DNA from: Nitrosopumilus sp.
Lineage (GTDB): Archaea > Thermoproteota > Nitrososphaeria > Nitrososphaerales > Nitrosopumilaceae
Length of the DNA stretch: 64,000 nt
Reading direction: 5' to 3'
Assembly: GCA_965214775.1 (NCBI GenBank)
Contig: OZ243974.1
Span: 128,001 to 192,000 of the forward strand
Shown here: positions 29,951-40,688 of the stretch, one piece after another
Position numbering within the stretch: the first letter of the stretch is position 1
How the letters are laid out: each line of letters starts with the position of its first letter
The notes under the pieces: generated by a model
The model's database searches: none
What the model saw: the letters and a program-made list of their open reading frames with translations, nothing else
Told to the model about the DNA's origin: nothing
Made by a program: the position numbers and the translations under genes

Positions 29951-30625
29951 TCACCAAAACTGCCGTATATGATCATCACGATATATTCTCATTCTTTCAT
30001 AGAGTTTAGAATTCCTAAATACGATTACATTAAACTGAATAGAATTTTCTTTCTTAGTGGCAACCTCCATCGAGTCCTTGTATTCACTTATAATTCCCCC
30101 TATTCCTAATGCGTCTGCTATACTCTTTAAAATAGAATTAAGAAATTGATAAAATCTTTCCTTGGAAATTTTGAAATTACGTAATTTTGTTTGTACATAG
30201 CGATAAAATTTTTTTATGGGTTCAGGGAGAAAATTTACGCTTTTTATGTCATTTTTTTCTTCATGATCCGTATTTGAATGAAAGATCATTTCATTAAGTT
30301 TGATAAATGACTTTACGAATGCAATTTTTTTGGAGTGATAATCCTCTCGAATGATAGTATAGATTTTATATTTTCTTGCCAATTCAGAGTCGGAGAGGCC
30401 GTGACTTTTTAGATTGTGAGATTTCATGTGATCGAGTACAGATTTTTTCATTTTCTCAAATTCGAGGTTTATAATCTCCAAATTTTTTTGGAAACTAGGA
30501 ATTGTACTCTTTAGCTCAGAGGAAATAAAAAAATCCATAAAGTTATTTACAAAATCATGAAAATCATCGTTTGTGTTTGATAATATCTTGTTAAGCATTT
30601 GAGTATCATTATCTTTTAAACTCAT
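29951..30625 (-). CDS. AT-rich hypothetical protein downstream of the defence operon
   Basis: 224-aa ORF, visibly lower GC than its flanks. Confidence 0.6.
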   Translation of the reverse strand: MSLKDNDTQMLNKILSNTNDDFHDFVNNFMDFFISSELKSTIPSFQKNLEIINLEFEKMKKSVLDHMKSHNLKSHGLSDSELARKYKIYTIIREDYHSKKIAFVKSFIKLNEMIFHSNTDHEEKNDIKSVNFLPEPIKKFYRYVQTKLRNFKISKERFYQFLNSILKSIADALGIGGIISEYKDSMEVATKKENSIQFNVIVFRNSKLYERMRIYRDDHIRQFW

Positions 30626-30818
30626 ATTTTTTCATAATTCCAACCAGATAATTAAAGGTAGATTTTATACAGTCTATGCAGATCAAAAAATCCGGCAGTT
30701 TTTACGTCATTTTTAGCAAGTGCACATAAAATCTGATGTAGTTTTTTGGAAAAAACACTAGTCTGAGAATTAGATCATTCCCAATATCTGCAACCCAGCA
30801 AAAATTCCCAAATTATGA

Positions 30819-33545
30819 TTAAAGCAGTCTGGTTTGACCTTGGTTTAAGCCGTGATTCATCTCGTCCATGATCTTGGCTTTGCCAGACAAAAAGCCATCC
30901 AGTAGTTTTGATTCGTCGCTGCCAGGGTTTGATTCGGAAATTGCCTGTGCCACCTTGTAGAACACCTCGGATCCACCAAGATCGTTTTTGTCAAGCTCCT
31001 CTAGCATCTCATCACGTTTGTTGTCCTTCCATAGCAACACAACTCTATGCAGCACGTCGATCCATTCGTGTGAGCTTATCTCATCCATATTACGCTCTGT
31101 TGGGCCCAAAACCTTGATGAATTCCTTGTCTTTTTTTATAAAGCCCTTGTTGTATTGCCGCTCTATGTCCACGCCCACGCTCTGGGCCATCTTCAAGGCA
31201 TCATCAAAGGGAACCTTTGCAATCCCATGAGCCCACCTCCACAACACATAGAATCTGGTCATCTGTGAGATCTTGTCACCAAAATCGCTGTGTAATACTT
31301 GGCTGATTGCAAAATCTGTTACCGTCTTGCGAACGTCGTCTAGGAGGCGTATTGTGGTAATTTGTACGCCGCTGTCATCCACAACCTTATCATATCTTCC
31401 AAAGATCTCAATTGATGCGCCTATTGCAGATATAAAAAAATCTGCACCGGATATTCCCTGCTCCCACAAATGATGCAGCTTCGCCTCTATATGCTTTAAC
31501 ATGTCCTTTTTCACGTCACGATAAAACCCAGTCTCTTCCTTTGGAATCTTTCTTGCCACCATGTATATCGAGGAGCTAAGTGCCGCGGTCTCTTTTGCAA
31601 CCATTCTTGCCTTCATCTCAGTATTGATTGGCCATGCGCCTGTTATGACCAATCCAGAGTCCAAGATTGAATTAATCAGTGTCTCCCACCCTTCCGTGGA
31701 TTTGTGGGCATAAACGATCACTGCAATGCCGTCTTTTTTCAACACGCGGTATATCTCTGCAAAGGATTTTGACAGTATTGACTCAAAGTCTTTTTTTGTC
31801 TTGATTGATTTTTTGGAATTTTCGACAAGTTTTTTGTCTATTCCACACACTAGTGGCAACGTCGCCACTGCCTCGTCTGATTTTGGCGTGAGCGGGGTTG
31901 AGAACAGTTCGGGATACAGATGCCCAACGCTTCGTTTCAGCCAGACATAGAAAAAATCAGATATGACAGAGTAGTGTATGTTATCATAGTATGGAGGATC
32001 CGTAAACACTGCATCAAAATAATTATCAGAATACGATAAAGAGGTTGCAGACTCTTGAATTATTTTTGAGGCAGGTTCCATTATACTAGAGCAGTGTTCT
32101 ACCCCTCTCAGTACCCAATCTTGAATATTTTTCCACCCTACACTCGTAAACGGATTGAGCTCCACATAGTCCCAAGCCATTTGTAACGCTTGTCTTCCAA
32201 AAACGTGCTCAATCTTTTCCCCGACTACATTATATAAAACCAGATTGGTGTTCTTGTCTGCTAGTCTGTCCAGCATGATTGCCAGGTATGCCGTAACCGC
32301 CTTTGCATATTCCTCATCATATTCTTCATCCAGCATGAGCTGGTGTGCCATCCTGATCTTCTCTAGAAACACAGTCATCGCAAGGGCTTGACGTGTGTTG
32401 AACAGATCAGACCATTTGGTTATCTTATACATCATTGGTATTGTATATCTCCAATATGATCCGCCTTGTACGTGTTCCTTGTTTTCAGGGGTTGGGATTA
32501 TCTCGTCAGGTATAGGGTTTATGTCATACTCTTTTGACATTCTTTTCGCGTCAAGGTATTTTACGGCAGATTGGAACAGCTTCAAATCAGATTCGTTTGC
32601 AGGACGGTATTTCTTTCCCGGCATTCCGTTTTTGCTTGTAACCACTGCTATCTGTTTCTCCCATGACTCCATTCTCCAAAAGATATCCTTCAATGTCTTG
32701 GGATCTATTACCGTACCGCATGCAATGCACACTGTAGTTGCCCTTGATATGGTGCCCCTGTTGGGATCAAAGTCTGCAGGCATCTCATCGTATCCCGTAC
32801 CGACAATATTGAACCTGATTTTTTTTCGATCAACGCGTGGATATACTGCTATCTTTTTGTTTTCCTTTTTGACAAGCCAGTAGCTGCGCATCAACGGAAT
32901 CTCCGTACCGCATTTTGGGTTCTGGCAGGAAATGGTTCTGGCAGTGATATACCCTACCGAGACAGAATCGTCCCCTTCTGTGTAAAACTTGCCAATCTCC
33001 TCAAGTGATCTGTCAAATACCCAATCAGACCATTTTTTGATGTCATCAAGCAGTGGATTCCTTCCATCGTTGAGAGCCAGGCTGTTTTCCTTGTGTGTTC
33101 TGCCAAACTTTTGTGGGTACTCCAGAGTGCACTTTTGAATCAATATGGCCACGGGGTTGATGTCAGACGAGTATGTCTCACAGCCAAGGCGTAATGCCTC
33201 AAGCGGTATGGAGCCGCCACCGCCGAACGGATCCAAGACCTTGGGAGCAACTCCCCCATTATTCTCTAGGATCTCCTTTTGTATTCTGGAGATTAGTTCG
33301 TGATTCTGGACGCTTTCCCATTTGGACAGTTCTGCGATCAGGGAGTTTTTTGTGCCCCATTCCTCAATGTTCTTTGGCGGATTCACCAGGGACGCATAGA
33401 TGGTGGCCCGTGACGAGGCCAACGGGCGCCGCGCCCACCACAGATGAAGCGTCGATATGTGCCCGTGACGTATTGATTTTTCCCTAGATGATTCCTTGCT
33501 GACCTCCCTTACCGGAAAGATCTCGCCGATGAGTCTGCGCTTCAT
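30819..33545 (-). CDS. DUF1156-type adenine DNA methyltransferase
   Basis: LHLWWARRPLA, VLDPFGGGGSIP, Zn ribbon, TDPPYYDN; ATG at 33545 overlaps the helicase stop. Confidence 0.9.
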   Translation of the reverse strand: MKRRLIGEIFPVREVSKESSREKSIRHGHISTLHLWWARRPLASSRATIYASLVNPPKNIEEWGTKNSLIAELSKWESVQNHELISRIQKEILENNGGVAPKVLDPFGGGGSIPLEALRLGCETYSSDINPVAILIQKCTLEYPQKFGRTHKENSLALNDGRNPLLDDIKKWSDWVFDRSLEEIGKFYTEGDDSVSVGYITARTISCQNPKCGTEIPLMRSYWLVKKENKKIAVYPRVDRKKIRFNIVGTGYDEMPADFDPNRGTISRATTVCIACGTVIDPKTLKDIFWRMESWEKQIAVVTSKNGMPGKKYRPANESDLKLFQSAVKYLDAKRMSKEYDINPIPDEIIPTPENKEHVQGGSYWRYTIPMMYKITKWSDLFNTRQALAMTVFLEKIRMAHQLMLDEEYDEEYAKAVTAYLAIMLDRLADKNTNLVLYNVVGEKIEHVFGRQALQMAWDYVELNPFTSVGWKNIQDWVLRGVEHCSSIMEPASKIIQESATSLSYSDNYFDAVFTDPPYYDNIHYSVISDFFYVWLKRSVGHLYPELFSTPLTPKSDEAVATLPLVCGIDKKLVENSKKSIKTKKDFESILSKSFAEIYRVLKKDGIAVIVYAHKSTEGWETLINSILDSGLVITGAWPINTEMKARMVAKETAALSSSIYMVARKIPKEETGFYRDVKKDMLKHIEAKLHHLWEQGISGADFFISAIGASIEIFGRYDKVVDDSGVQITTIRLLDDVRKTVTDFAISQVLHSDFGDKISQMTRFYVLWRWAHGIAKVPFDDALKMAQSVGVDIERQYNKGFIKKDKEFIKVLGPTERNMDEISSHEWIDVLHRVVLLWKDNKRDEMLEELDKNDLGGSEVFYKVAQAISESNPGSDESKLLDGFLSGKAKIMDEMNHGLNQGQTRLL

Positions 33546-36500
33546 TGCGCCTTTTTCCGTATCTCCTCTGGGCTGACAAAGTACCGTACCACCTTTGAGT
33601 CGGCCTCTAGGTTCTTTGCGGGATTTTGTATGATGATTGGTCTGGCTCCGGGTTTTGTCGCGTTCCACACCACATACAGATAGTATGCTTCTCCCATCTG
33701 CGATGCCTGGTACCACTCGTTTGTGGTCAGCGCGACGGATCCCTCTCCTGCCCTTGCCTTGACTTCTATGTACCGTGTATAGTCGTCTTTGTTGGAACGC
33801 ACGTCAAATCCCAGGTTCTCCTTTGATACGTCATGTGGTTCCCTTCCCTCGCTTCTCTCAAACTCCATTGCCACCCTCATGCCTGCACGCTCCACATCGG
33901 GGTCGTTTTGCATCTCCTGTCCGCCGGCTGTCACTAGCGGCTTTATGCGTATTATTCCCGCAAATGAGGGCGTGCTCATAGTAAGGCTCTGCTCCTTTTT
34001 TATGGTCTCCTCAAGATCCTTCTTGCTCTCCTCGTACCGCTTTTTCTTCTCCTCCTTGTTTCTGATTGCAAGATCCACGTTGTCTCCATTGTCCTTGCGG
34101 ATCTGTAGATCCCCCAGATTGTTGTCCAAGTCCCTGATTGACTGGCTGAGTGATTCTACCCCGTATTTTCGTTTTATCTCGGCTTGGCGATCGCGCTCTT
34201 TTTGCAGCTCCTCGTTATACTCCTCCAAGGACTTCATCACGTGTTCTAGTACGCCGGTCTTTATGCGGTCTATATCCACCGGAACCCTGCTTTTCTCCTC
34301 GGATTCCTTCAGATCCCACACTATGATTGGATGGACGGGTCTGACCGTGCCTGATTTTTCATCAACAAAATGAGAGAACAGCTTTTTTCCCGCGATTTGG
34401 TTTGTTCCATCCCTTACCTCGCCCTCCTGAAACACCACGTATCCGTCAAGCCCGTTTGGATCCAGGAAGGTTGCGCCACGCCGCATCTCATGACCAAAGC
34501 TCTTGTCGATCCAATACAGTACTGCCTCAAAGAGCGGGTGGCCAAACGTGATAAAATCCGAGTCCGGATGCTTGAAGGCCGTCTCCTTGTCAAACGTGGC
34601 CTTTGGATATGATCTAATCAGCGTACCAAACCGTTTTTTGAAGTCATCTGTCTCTGCAATGCTTCGGATTTCATACGGTATCGAATCGATTGTGATAAAT
34701 CCATCCTTGCGGGTGTGAAGCTTGCCATCTGCACGCAAAAACGCCCTTTTAAACAACTCCTCGGTGTACTTGGGAATAAGCTTGTTTTCAAGTGCTTTTG
34801 CCTTCATCTCCTTCATGCCGGTATGGTCAATATACTTGGTTGCAAGGCTGTCTCCAAGTTTGTCTTTTATGCCTGCAATGTATTCATCATCCACATTTAT
34901 GTCCAGATCCATGATGATCTCGTCCTGGGAGCGCGCATTGGCAGCGGCGTCTACCAACAGTTGTGTAAGGCTCTTGCCAGGAAGTATTTCACTTATCACG
35001 TCAAACACCTTGTCGCTTGACATTATCTGCTTGATCTCATCGAGCTTCTCAAAGAGCTTGATCATTATCTGGCCTTCACGGGTATCTGATGCCACCATGT
35101 TGAACACCGTTACCTCGCGCTGCTGTCCGTATCTGTGTATTCTGCCCATGCGCTGTTCAAGTCTGTTAGGGTTCCACGGGAGATCATAGTTTATCATGAG
35201 ATGGCAGAACTGTAGGTTTATGCCTTCACCGGCTGCTTCTGTAGCCACCATGATCTGAGTCTGGTTTTTGAATACGGCCTCTGCCTTTACCCGCTCTTCA
35301 AGCGGCATGTTGCCATGAATCGTATTGACCGAATACCCCCAACCCAGTATCTTTCCCTCGATATACTGCAGCGTGTCCTTTGATTCCGTAAATATCAGGA
35401 TCTTTTTCTTGGAGCTTTCCTTGCTCATGTCAGACAGTGTGTTCCTTAGCTGGCTCAGCTTTGTCTCATTCTCATCGTCGATTATCTTTTGGGCCTGTGA
35501 TATCAGCCTGCCAAGGGTCGATATCTCATTTTCCAGCTCGTGTCTGTTCTCTGCCACGCTCAGGGTCTCCCATACTGCCTCCTTTTCCCAGCGATCCTCC
35601 TCACTCATGTCATCCAAATCATCCTCGGTGTACACCTTGGACGGATTTGGCTCATCCTTGACGGCTCCCTCCAGCATCTTTTCGAGTCTATACCTCCTAC
35701 GATCCAGGGATCTTAGGAGAGCGTATGTGCTTGAGGCCATCCTGCGCTGTAATATCAGGAGGGCAAACCCGATGTGTCGCTTTTTGTCTGATTTCAATGC
35801 CTTGTCGTATTGTTCCTTGACGTATACGGACACATCGTTATACAGATTCTTTTCCGGATCAGACAGCAGTATGTCCGGTGTCTGAACCACCCGCGGGACA
35901 AACAGGGGATTGCCCTCAAAGTCAGTCATGTCTTCTTTGATCCTGCGGAGAAACAATGGATTGTCTTGGCTGTTCAGGGACTCTTTTATCATGGCAGCGG
36001 TCTTGAAAAAACCCGGGTTTAACAGGTCAAGAAAAAGCCTAAAGTTTTCCGGATCACCCCTGTGTGGTGTGGCCGTAAGAAACAGCAGGTGTTCGCTGTT
36101 TTTAGAAAGGATCTCCCCCAGTCTGTACCGGCCGGTTTTTTCCGTCTTTTCCCCGTACTTTACGGCGCTCATCTTGTGCGCCTCGTCCACCACTATAAGG
36201 TCAAACTCGGAATTGGCCAGTGATGGGAGAATCTCCTCGCGCTTTGCAAAGTCAATTGATGTGATTATCTGGTTTTCTTTCATCCATGCATTCTCTGCAT
36301 ATTGAGCCCTCATGTAACTGCGTGAAACTACTGTAAACGTTTCAGAAAACCGATCCCTTAGCTCCCTGCTCCACTGATCCTTGAGGTGTCCAGGAACCAC
36401 GATCAGTATGCGCCGGATTATCCTGCGCATTTTCAACTCTTTGATTATCAACCCGGCCATGATCGTCTTTCCGGCTCCGGGATCATGTGCCAGAAGGAAC

Positions 36501-36862
36501 CTTATCTTGGGCATCCTAAGCACGTATCCGTACACGGCCTCGATCTGGTGTGGAAGAGGATCCACCTTGGATGCGTTCATTGCAAGTAGCGGATCATACA
36601 AGGAGGCAAACCGGTATCTCTTTGACTCAAGTGCCAAGAAGATCTTCCATGCCTCGCTCGTAAAGTCTGTTGAAACGGTTTGCGTGCTCAGATCAGCAAG
36701 GTCACTCTTGCGGATCATTTGATCAACCGGCTCGTTTGATATGGTAGTAGTGGCAACCAGTTGGACATAGTCCCCGTGCGGGACCACTTTTTTGACGTGA
36801 ATTGGTTCTGGCCATTTTGATCCCGTAACCACGATGCCGGATTTTAATTCGTCAACGTTCAA
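33542..36862 (-). CDS. SNF2-family helicase with C-terminal DUF3883 PD-(D/E)xK nuclease
   Basis: DPGAGKT, DEAH, LTATPH, QRMGRIHRYGQ; GFDVRS..YIEVK. Confidence 0.92.
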   Translation of the reverse strand: MNVDELKSGIVVTGSKWPEPIHVKKVVPHGDYVQLVATTTISNEPVDQMIRKSDLADLSTQTVSTDFTSEAWKIFLALESKRYRFASLYDPLLAMNASKVDPLPHQIEAVYGYVLRMPKIRFLLAHDPGAGKTIMAGLIIKELKMRRIIRRILIVVPGHLKDQWSRELRDRFSETFTVVSRSYMRAQYAENAWMKENQIITSIDFAKREEILPSLANSEFDLIVVDEAHKMSAVKYGEKTEKTGRYRLGEILSKNSEHLLFLTATPHRGDPENFRLFLDLLNPGFFKTAAMIKESLNSQDNPLFLRRIKEDMTDFEGNPLFVPRVVQTPDILLSDPEKNLYNDVSVYVKEQYDKALKSDKKRHIGFALLILQRRMASSTYALLRSLDRRRYRLEKMLEGAVKDEPNPSKVYTEDDLDDMSEEDRWEKEAVWETLSVAENRHELENEISTLGRLISQAQKIIDDENETKLSQLRNTLSDMSKESSKKKILIFTESKDTLQYIEGKILGWGYSVNTIHGNMPLEERVKAEAVFKNQTQIMVATEAAGEGINLQFCHLMINYDLPWNPNRLEQRMGRIHRYGQQREVTVFNMVASDTREGQIMIKLFEKLDEIKQIMSSDKVFDVISEILPGKSLTQLLVDAAANARSQDEIIMDLDINVDDEYIAGIKDKLGDSLATKYIDHTGMKEMKAKALENKLIPKYTEELFKRAFLRADGKLHTRKDGFITIDSIPYEIRSIAETDDFKKRFGTLIRSYPKATFDKETAFKHPDSDFITFGHPLFEAVLYWIDKSFGHEMRRGATFLDPNGLDGYVVFQEGEVRDGTNQIAGKKLFSHFVDEKSGTVRPVHPIIVWDLKESEEKSRVPVDIDRIKTGVLEHVMKSLEEYNEELQKERDRQAEIKRKYGVESLSQSIRDLDNNLGDLQIRKDNGDNVDLAIRNKEEKKKRYEESKKDLEETIKKEQSLTMSTPSFAGIIRIKPLVTAGGQEMQNDPDVERAGMRVAMEFERSEGREPHDVSKENLGFDVRSNKDDYTRYIEVKARAGEGSVALTTNEWYQASQMGEAYYLYVVWNATKPGARPIIIQNPAKNLEADSKVVRYFVSPEEIRKKAQ

Positions 36863-36871
36863 TGCTCATCC

Positions 36872-39415
36872 TCATCCACTCAGGTCATTTTCTGAGTCGT
36901 CGACTACTCCCATCTGTTCCAGTGTCTCACGTATTCTTTTGAGATCCGCATCCGTCATGGAACCGTTCTTGGCATTTATTCCAAGGCGGATAGACTTGAA
37001 CTTCTCATTCAATAGGCGCATTATGCCCCATGCATCGTTTAGCTTGCCTTCTGGAACGTCAAACGTATGATCAAACTCATTTACTGATTTTGTGTCGACA
37101 GGGTGAGGTTTGTCGGGTTCATTGTCGACGGGTTCTGGTTCTGGATCAGCTCTCGATATCGTGACTGACTCCTTTGTACACATAGAATCGTGTATGATGA
37201 TCTCGTTATCTGCAAATGCCACGGATGAATCATCTTTGAAGAACTTGCATGATGGTTTTTCGTCAATCAGCTCACCTAGACCAAATGTTCCATTTTTAAC
37301 GCCTTCTGTGATCGAGTCTTCTATGACATTCCTGCCTGTAGGCCTTCGACTTCCCCTGGTACTGAGCATCAGTTCGTACATCGATGCAGTTCTTGTGAAT
37401 TTACAGTGTTTTAGGTACTCATCCTTCAAAATAAGTGCGCCTACCTTCTCGTGAATCTGCTGCTCGGTGCCAAGTCGTTCAAACACGCGATCTGATATGC
37501 CAACCGATTCACCTACAGTAGGAATTCCCAGATCATACATATCACATGAGGTTTGAGTTGGAACGTAGAGATTTCTATAATATTTTTTTAGGGCGTGCGG
37601 TAGAGATGTTTTTTCTTTCTCCAACTCATTTTTGATATCCGTTTTTTGCTCTTCCCTTAGATTTAGACTTGAATCGGACATGATCTGTTTCAGTGCGATC
37701 ATGGCCTTGAGTTGGCTTACGAACTGCTTTCTCTCTGCTTCAGGAGGACACAAAAAGAATATAGAATTTCTGTATACGCGTGGTATGCCGTCACCCTTGT
37801 TCTCTAAAATATCTTCGCGTAGGCTCTGATCATCCTCAGATAAGATTACCAGCTTTAACGTGGGCGAATCCTCTACATCCTTGGGACTGGAGGGCCATAT
37901 GCTTGTACGAAGCCTCTGCCCCCCCCCCCCGATACTTGATTCCAGCAATATTTTTTCATTATCGCGTACTTCTTGGTCCGTAATGTTTTCCATCTTGTCT
38001 ATCCTGAGTCGGTTTATGTTAGGTTCGCTGGAAAAGAGATACCTGTCGTTTTCGCTCTTAAAATAGGACAGTTTGTTCTTGAATGTTGCAACGACGTCAC
38101 CTATTACACTTGAGTGCATGTTCCTGTTGGATGCGGCTCTTTTGATCTGATTCATCGTCGCACCGTTTGCACCACCGCCGGAAAAAGAGTACATGAAGAT
38201 CGCCGTTGCAGTCTTGATGCCAAGACGCAGTCCCTTATATGCGGCACCGACATCCTGTTCTGCACGCACCGCACCAGAGGAAGGATCTGTAATGTCCTTT
38301 GCTATGACACTGTCAAACTTGTCCCCTATGTGTCCTAGAAGCTCCCTTCTCATCTCGTCGTCTTTCAGATCAAAGTCAGACAGTGTGATGTATGGCCTCT
38401 CGCTATCCCTGAGAGAATAAACCACCATGGATAACAGTCTCAACACGCCTCTAGTTCGCTGAAACGACGGGAAGCTGCCCCAGTTCTGGTACAAGGCATC
38501 TATTACCTGAGGAAGAAACGGGTATGTCTGTTCGAATCTTTCCCTGTATTGTTTGGCGGTATTTTTTGGGGGAAGTATGGACTCTCTTTCACAGTAATCG
38601 ACAAAATCCGAGATTATCTCTTCTGCATCACTCTTTATGTCGCTTTCAGGTGTGGAAAACAGCCTAGCCCTTATGATATCGGGAACATCGGCCGGATCTG
38701 TTGGTGTAATCTTTTTCTCTTTTCGTCCGGCCACCTTGCGCAGTTGCAGTAATAACTCCTCTGCCGACGCCTTGTCGGCCATTTCATACACGCTTGCAGG
38801 AAAGCTAGCAACCACGCATACACGATCCAATCCAGATACAGCCTCGCTGAGCTGCTGCATGAATGTAATGGTCTGCTTTGCCAGTGTCGTCCCTTCAACT
38901 TTTATGCCGGCCCCGACTGAAACATGGGAAAACAACTCATCGATTAGGATTAGTACTGAACTGTGTTTTTCCAACACCTCATTTAATTTTTCCCTGCCCG
39001 GAGCCAGTTTTCCAGACAGCTTGTCTATCTTCCCATCCAGCTGCTTCTCAATCATTTCCCACACCGTGTCATCGGGGCTCATGGATGTGCCTACAATGAC
39101 AACTTGCTTGGCCCCCCATTGTTTCGCACGGTGATACAAAGCTATCATGGCGTGGGTCTTGCCTCCGCCAAAGGGAGTCTCAATATGCATGAATCCATCT
39201 CCGCTCTTGCCCTGTAGCCTATTTTGCACATTGTCTAGGATTGTTTGAAGATTCTTTGTAATGTGGGTTTTTTTAAAGAATGTTTTTGGATCGTTATACT
39301 CTTCAGAACCCCTCTTTTTGAACGTGTCCCACAAATCAGCTGCAAACACATCCATAGCGAGCTTCTTGTTTAGGATATCGGCATGTGGAACCGCAATAGT
39401 ATGAAATGCTTTCAT
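36872..39415 (-). CDS. DUF499 AAA+ ATPase
   Basis: VFAADL, TPFGGGKTH, LILIDE, YPFLP, FQRTRGVLRLL. Confidence 0.9.
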   Translation of the reverse strand: MKAFHTIAVPHADILNKKLAMDVFAADLWDTFKKRGSEEYNDPKTFFKKTHITKNLQTILDNVQNRLQGKSGDGFMHIETPFGGGKTHAMIALYHRAKQWGAKQVVIVGTSMSPDDTVWEMIEKQLDGKIDKLSGKLAPGREKLNEVLEKHSSVLILIDELFSHVSVGAGIKVEGTTLAKQTITFMQQLSEAVSGLDRVCVVASFPASVYEMADKASAEELLLQLRKVAGRKEKKITPTDPADVPDIIRARLFSTPESDIKSDAEEIISDFVDYCERESILPPKNTAKQYRERFEQTYPFLPQVIDALYQNWGSFPSFQRTRGVLRLLSMVVYSLRDSERPYITLSDFDLKDDEMRRELLGHIGDKFDSVIAKDITDPSSGAVRAEQDVGAAYKGLRLGIKTATAIFMYSFSGGGANGATMNQIKRAASNRNMHSSVIGDVVATFKNKLSYFKSENDRYLFSSEPNINRLRIDKMENITDQEVRDNEKILLESSIGGGGQRLRTSIWPSSPKDVEDSPTLKLVILSEDDQSLREDILENKGDGIPRVYRNSIFFLCPPEAERKQFVSQLKAMIALKQIMSDSSLNLREEQKTDIKNELEKEKTSLPHALKKYYRNLYVPTQTSCDMYDLGIPTVGESVGISDRVFERLGTEQQIHEKVGALILKDEYLKHCKFTRTASMYELMLSTRGSRRPTGRNVIEDSITEGVKNGTFGLGELIDEKPSCKFFKDDSSVAFADNEIIIHDSMCTKESVTISRADPEPEPVDNEPDKPHPVDTKSVNEFDHTFDVPEGKLNDAWGIMRLLNEKFKSIRLGINAKNGSMTDADLKRIRETLEQMGVVDDSENDLSG

Positions 39416-39698
39416 GTGATATTATCGATATTGTATCAGTTTTATATCTAATGACTCCGTGCCTGGCCCTGGCCAACCAAGTAGGAATTTTCATGCGGTG
39501 GTGGTTTTTGTGTCTGGCCAGCTTGGTCAATATCGTCTACATTTCTTGGTTTTAGGCCCGATTATGGCACGTTTTACCTGGCTGGTCATGGCAGGCCCGA
39601 CTAGCAATGCTATTAATTTCAGATCTGCAAAAGTCTTGTGTGAATCTTGCAGATTTTCCTGAATCCAGATTTTCTTGACGCTTGGATGATTCTAAAAG

Positions 39699-40586
39699 CT
39701 AGAACAAGGGAACATGAAATGCGGCATCCAATGCCACTGCCACAAAGATAATTGTCAGATAAGGGGCAGTAACTTTGTATGCTTTCCAGGCAAATTCGGG
39801 CGTGGGGGTTTTTGTCAATCTGTAATGGTATGCAAGCATCAAACCTCCAGATACTGCTGCAATAACAGCATAAACAACGCCCATGCCATCTGGAACAAGC
39901 GAGAGAACCAGGGAATACGGAAGCAGGATTACGGTGTTGCCCAAGATGTACTTTGAAGTTTTTTGCATTCCAATAACAACTGGCAGCATCGGAACCTTAG
40001 CTTGTGCATATTCGTCTTTGATCTTCATTGCAAGACACCAAAAGTGTGACGGAGTCCAGACAAACACCAAAAAGCCGACCAGGAATCCCAAAAGATCCAT
40101 GCTGCCAGTTGCAGCTGCCCATCCGGCCCATGCTGCCGCACTTCCAGCAATGCCGCCGACTACGATGTTTGAAGTGTTCAGGCGCTTCAGCCAGACAGTG
40201 TAAACGACCACATATGAGAAGATCCCGACTGCAATAAAGAATGCAGATACCGGGTTTAGCAAAAAAAAGCCGTAAATAACGGAGATGCAGCTGACTGCCA
40301 GTCCGTAAACTAAAACGTGTGATGCGGCCATCCTTCCAGACGGGATAGGCCTTGAACTTGTCCGGGTCATTTTTGGATCAATGTCTTTGTCATAATAATG
40401 ATTCAAGGCACTAGAGCCGGCCGATGCCAAAGCTCCGGCAACGATAATGTGCAGGTATGCCCAATAATCAAGCTCAGGTGCCCCTGAAACCAGTCTGCTT
40501 GCTGCAAACATGGAAGTTACAGCAGTTATTACCAAGAGAACCACGATTCGGGGTTTGGATATCTCCATTACTTCGTTAAATCCCAA
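39699..40586 (-). CDS. cyoE: protoheme IX farnesyltransferase (heme O synthase)
   Basis: KPRIV, DIDPKMTRTSSRPIPSG, WTPSHFW. Confidence 0.93.
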   Translation of the reverse strand: MGFNEVMEISKPRIVVLLVITAVTSMFAASRLVSGAPELDYWAYLHIIVAGALASAGSSALNHYYDKDIDPKMTRTSSRPIPSGRMAASHVLVYGLAVSCISVIYGFFLLNPVSAFFIAVGIFSYVVVYTVWLKRLNTSNIVVGGIAGSAAAWAGWAAATGSMDLLGFLVGFLVFVWTPSHFWCLAMKIKDEYAQAKVPMLPVVIGMQKTSKYILGNTVILLPYSLVLSLVPDGMGVVYAVIAAVSGGLMLAYHYRLTKTPTPEFAWKAYKVTAPYLTIIFVAVALDAAFHVPLF

Positions 40587-40688
40587 CTCACTGTATCCTC
40601 TTCCAAAGCCATTTAATTTATTCGTCTGCGAGATCCGTTGGATTTCATCAAAAGGAATAAGTATCTAAGACCTACCAGCTAACGTTAA

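Noticed and set aside
33546-33716. Longer start for the DUF1156 methylase
   Set aside because: Overlaps the helicase C-terminus; the ATG at 33545 gives typical stop/start coupling.
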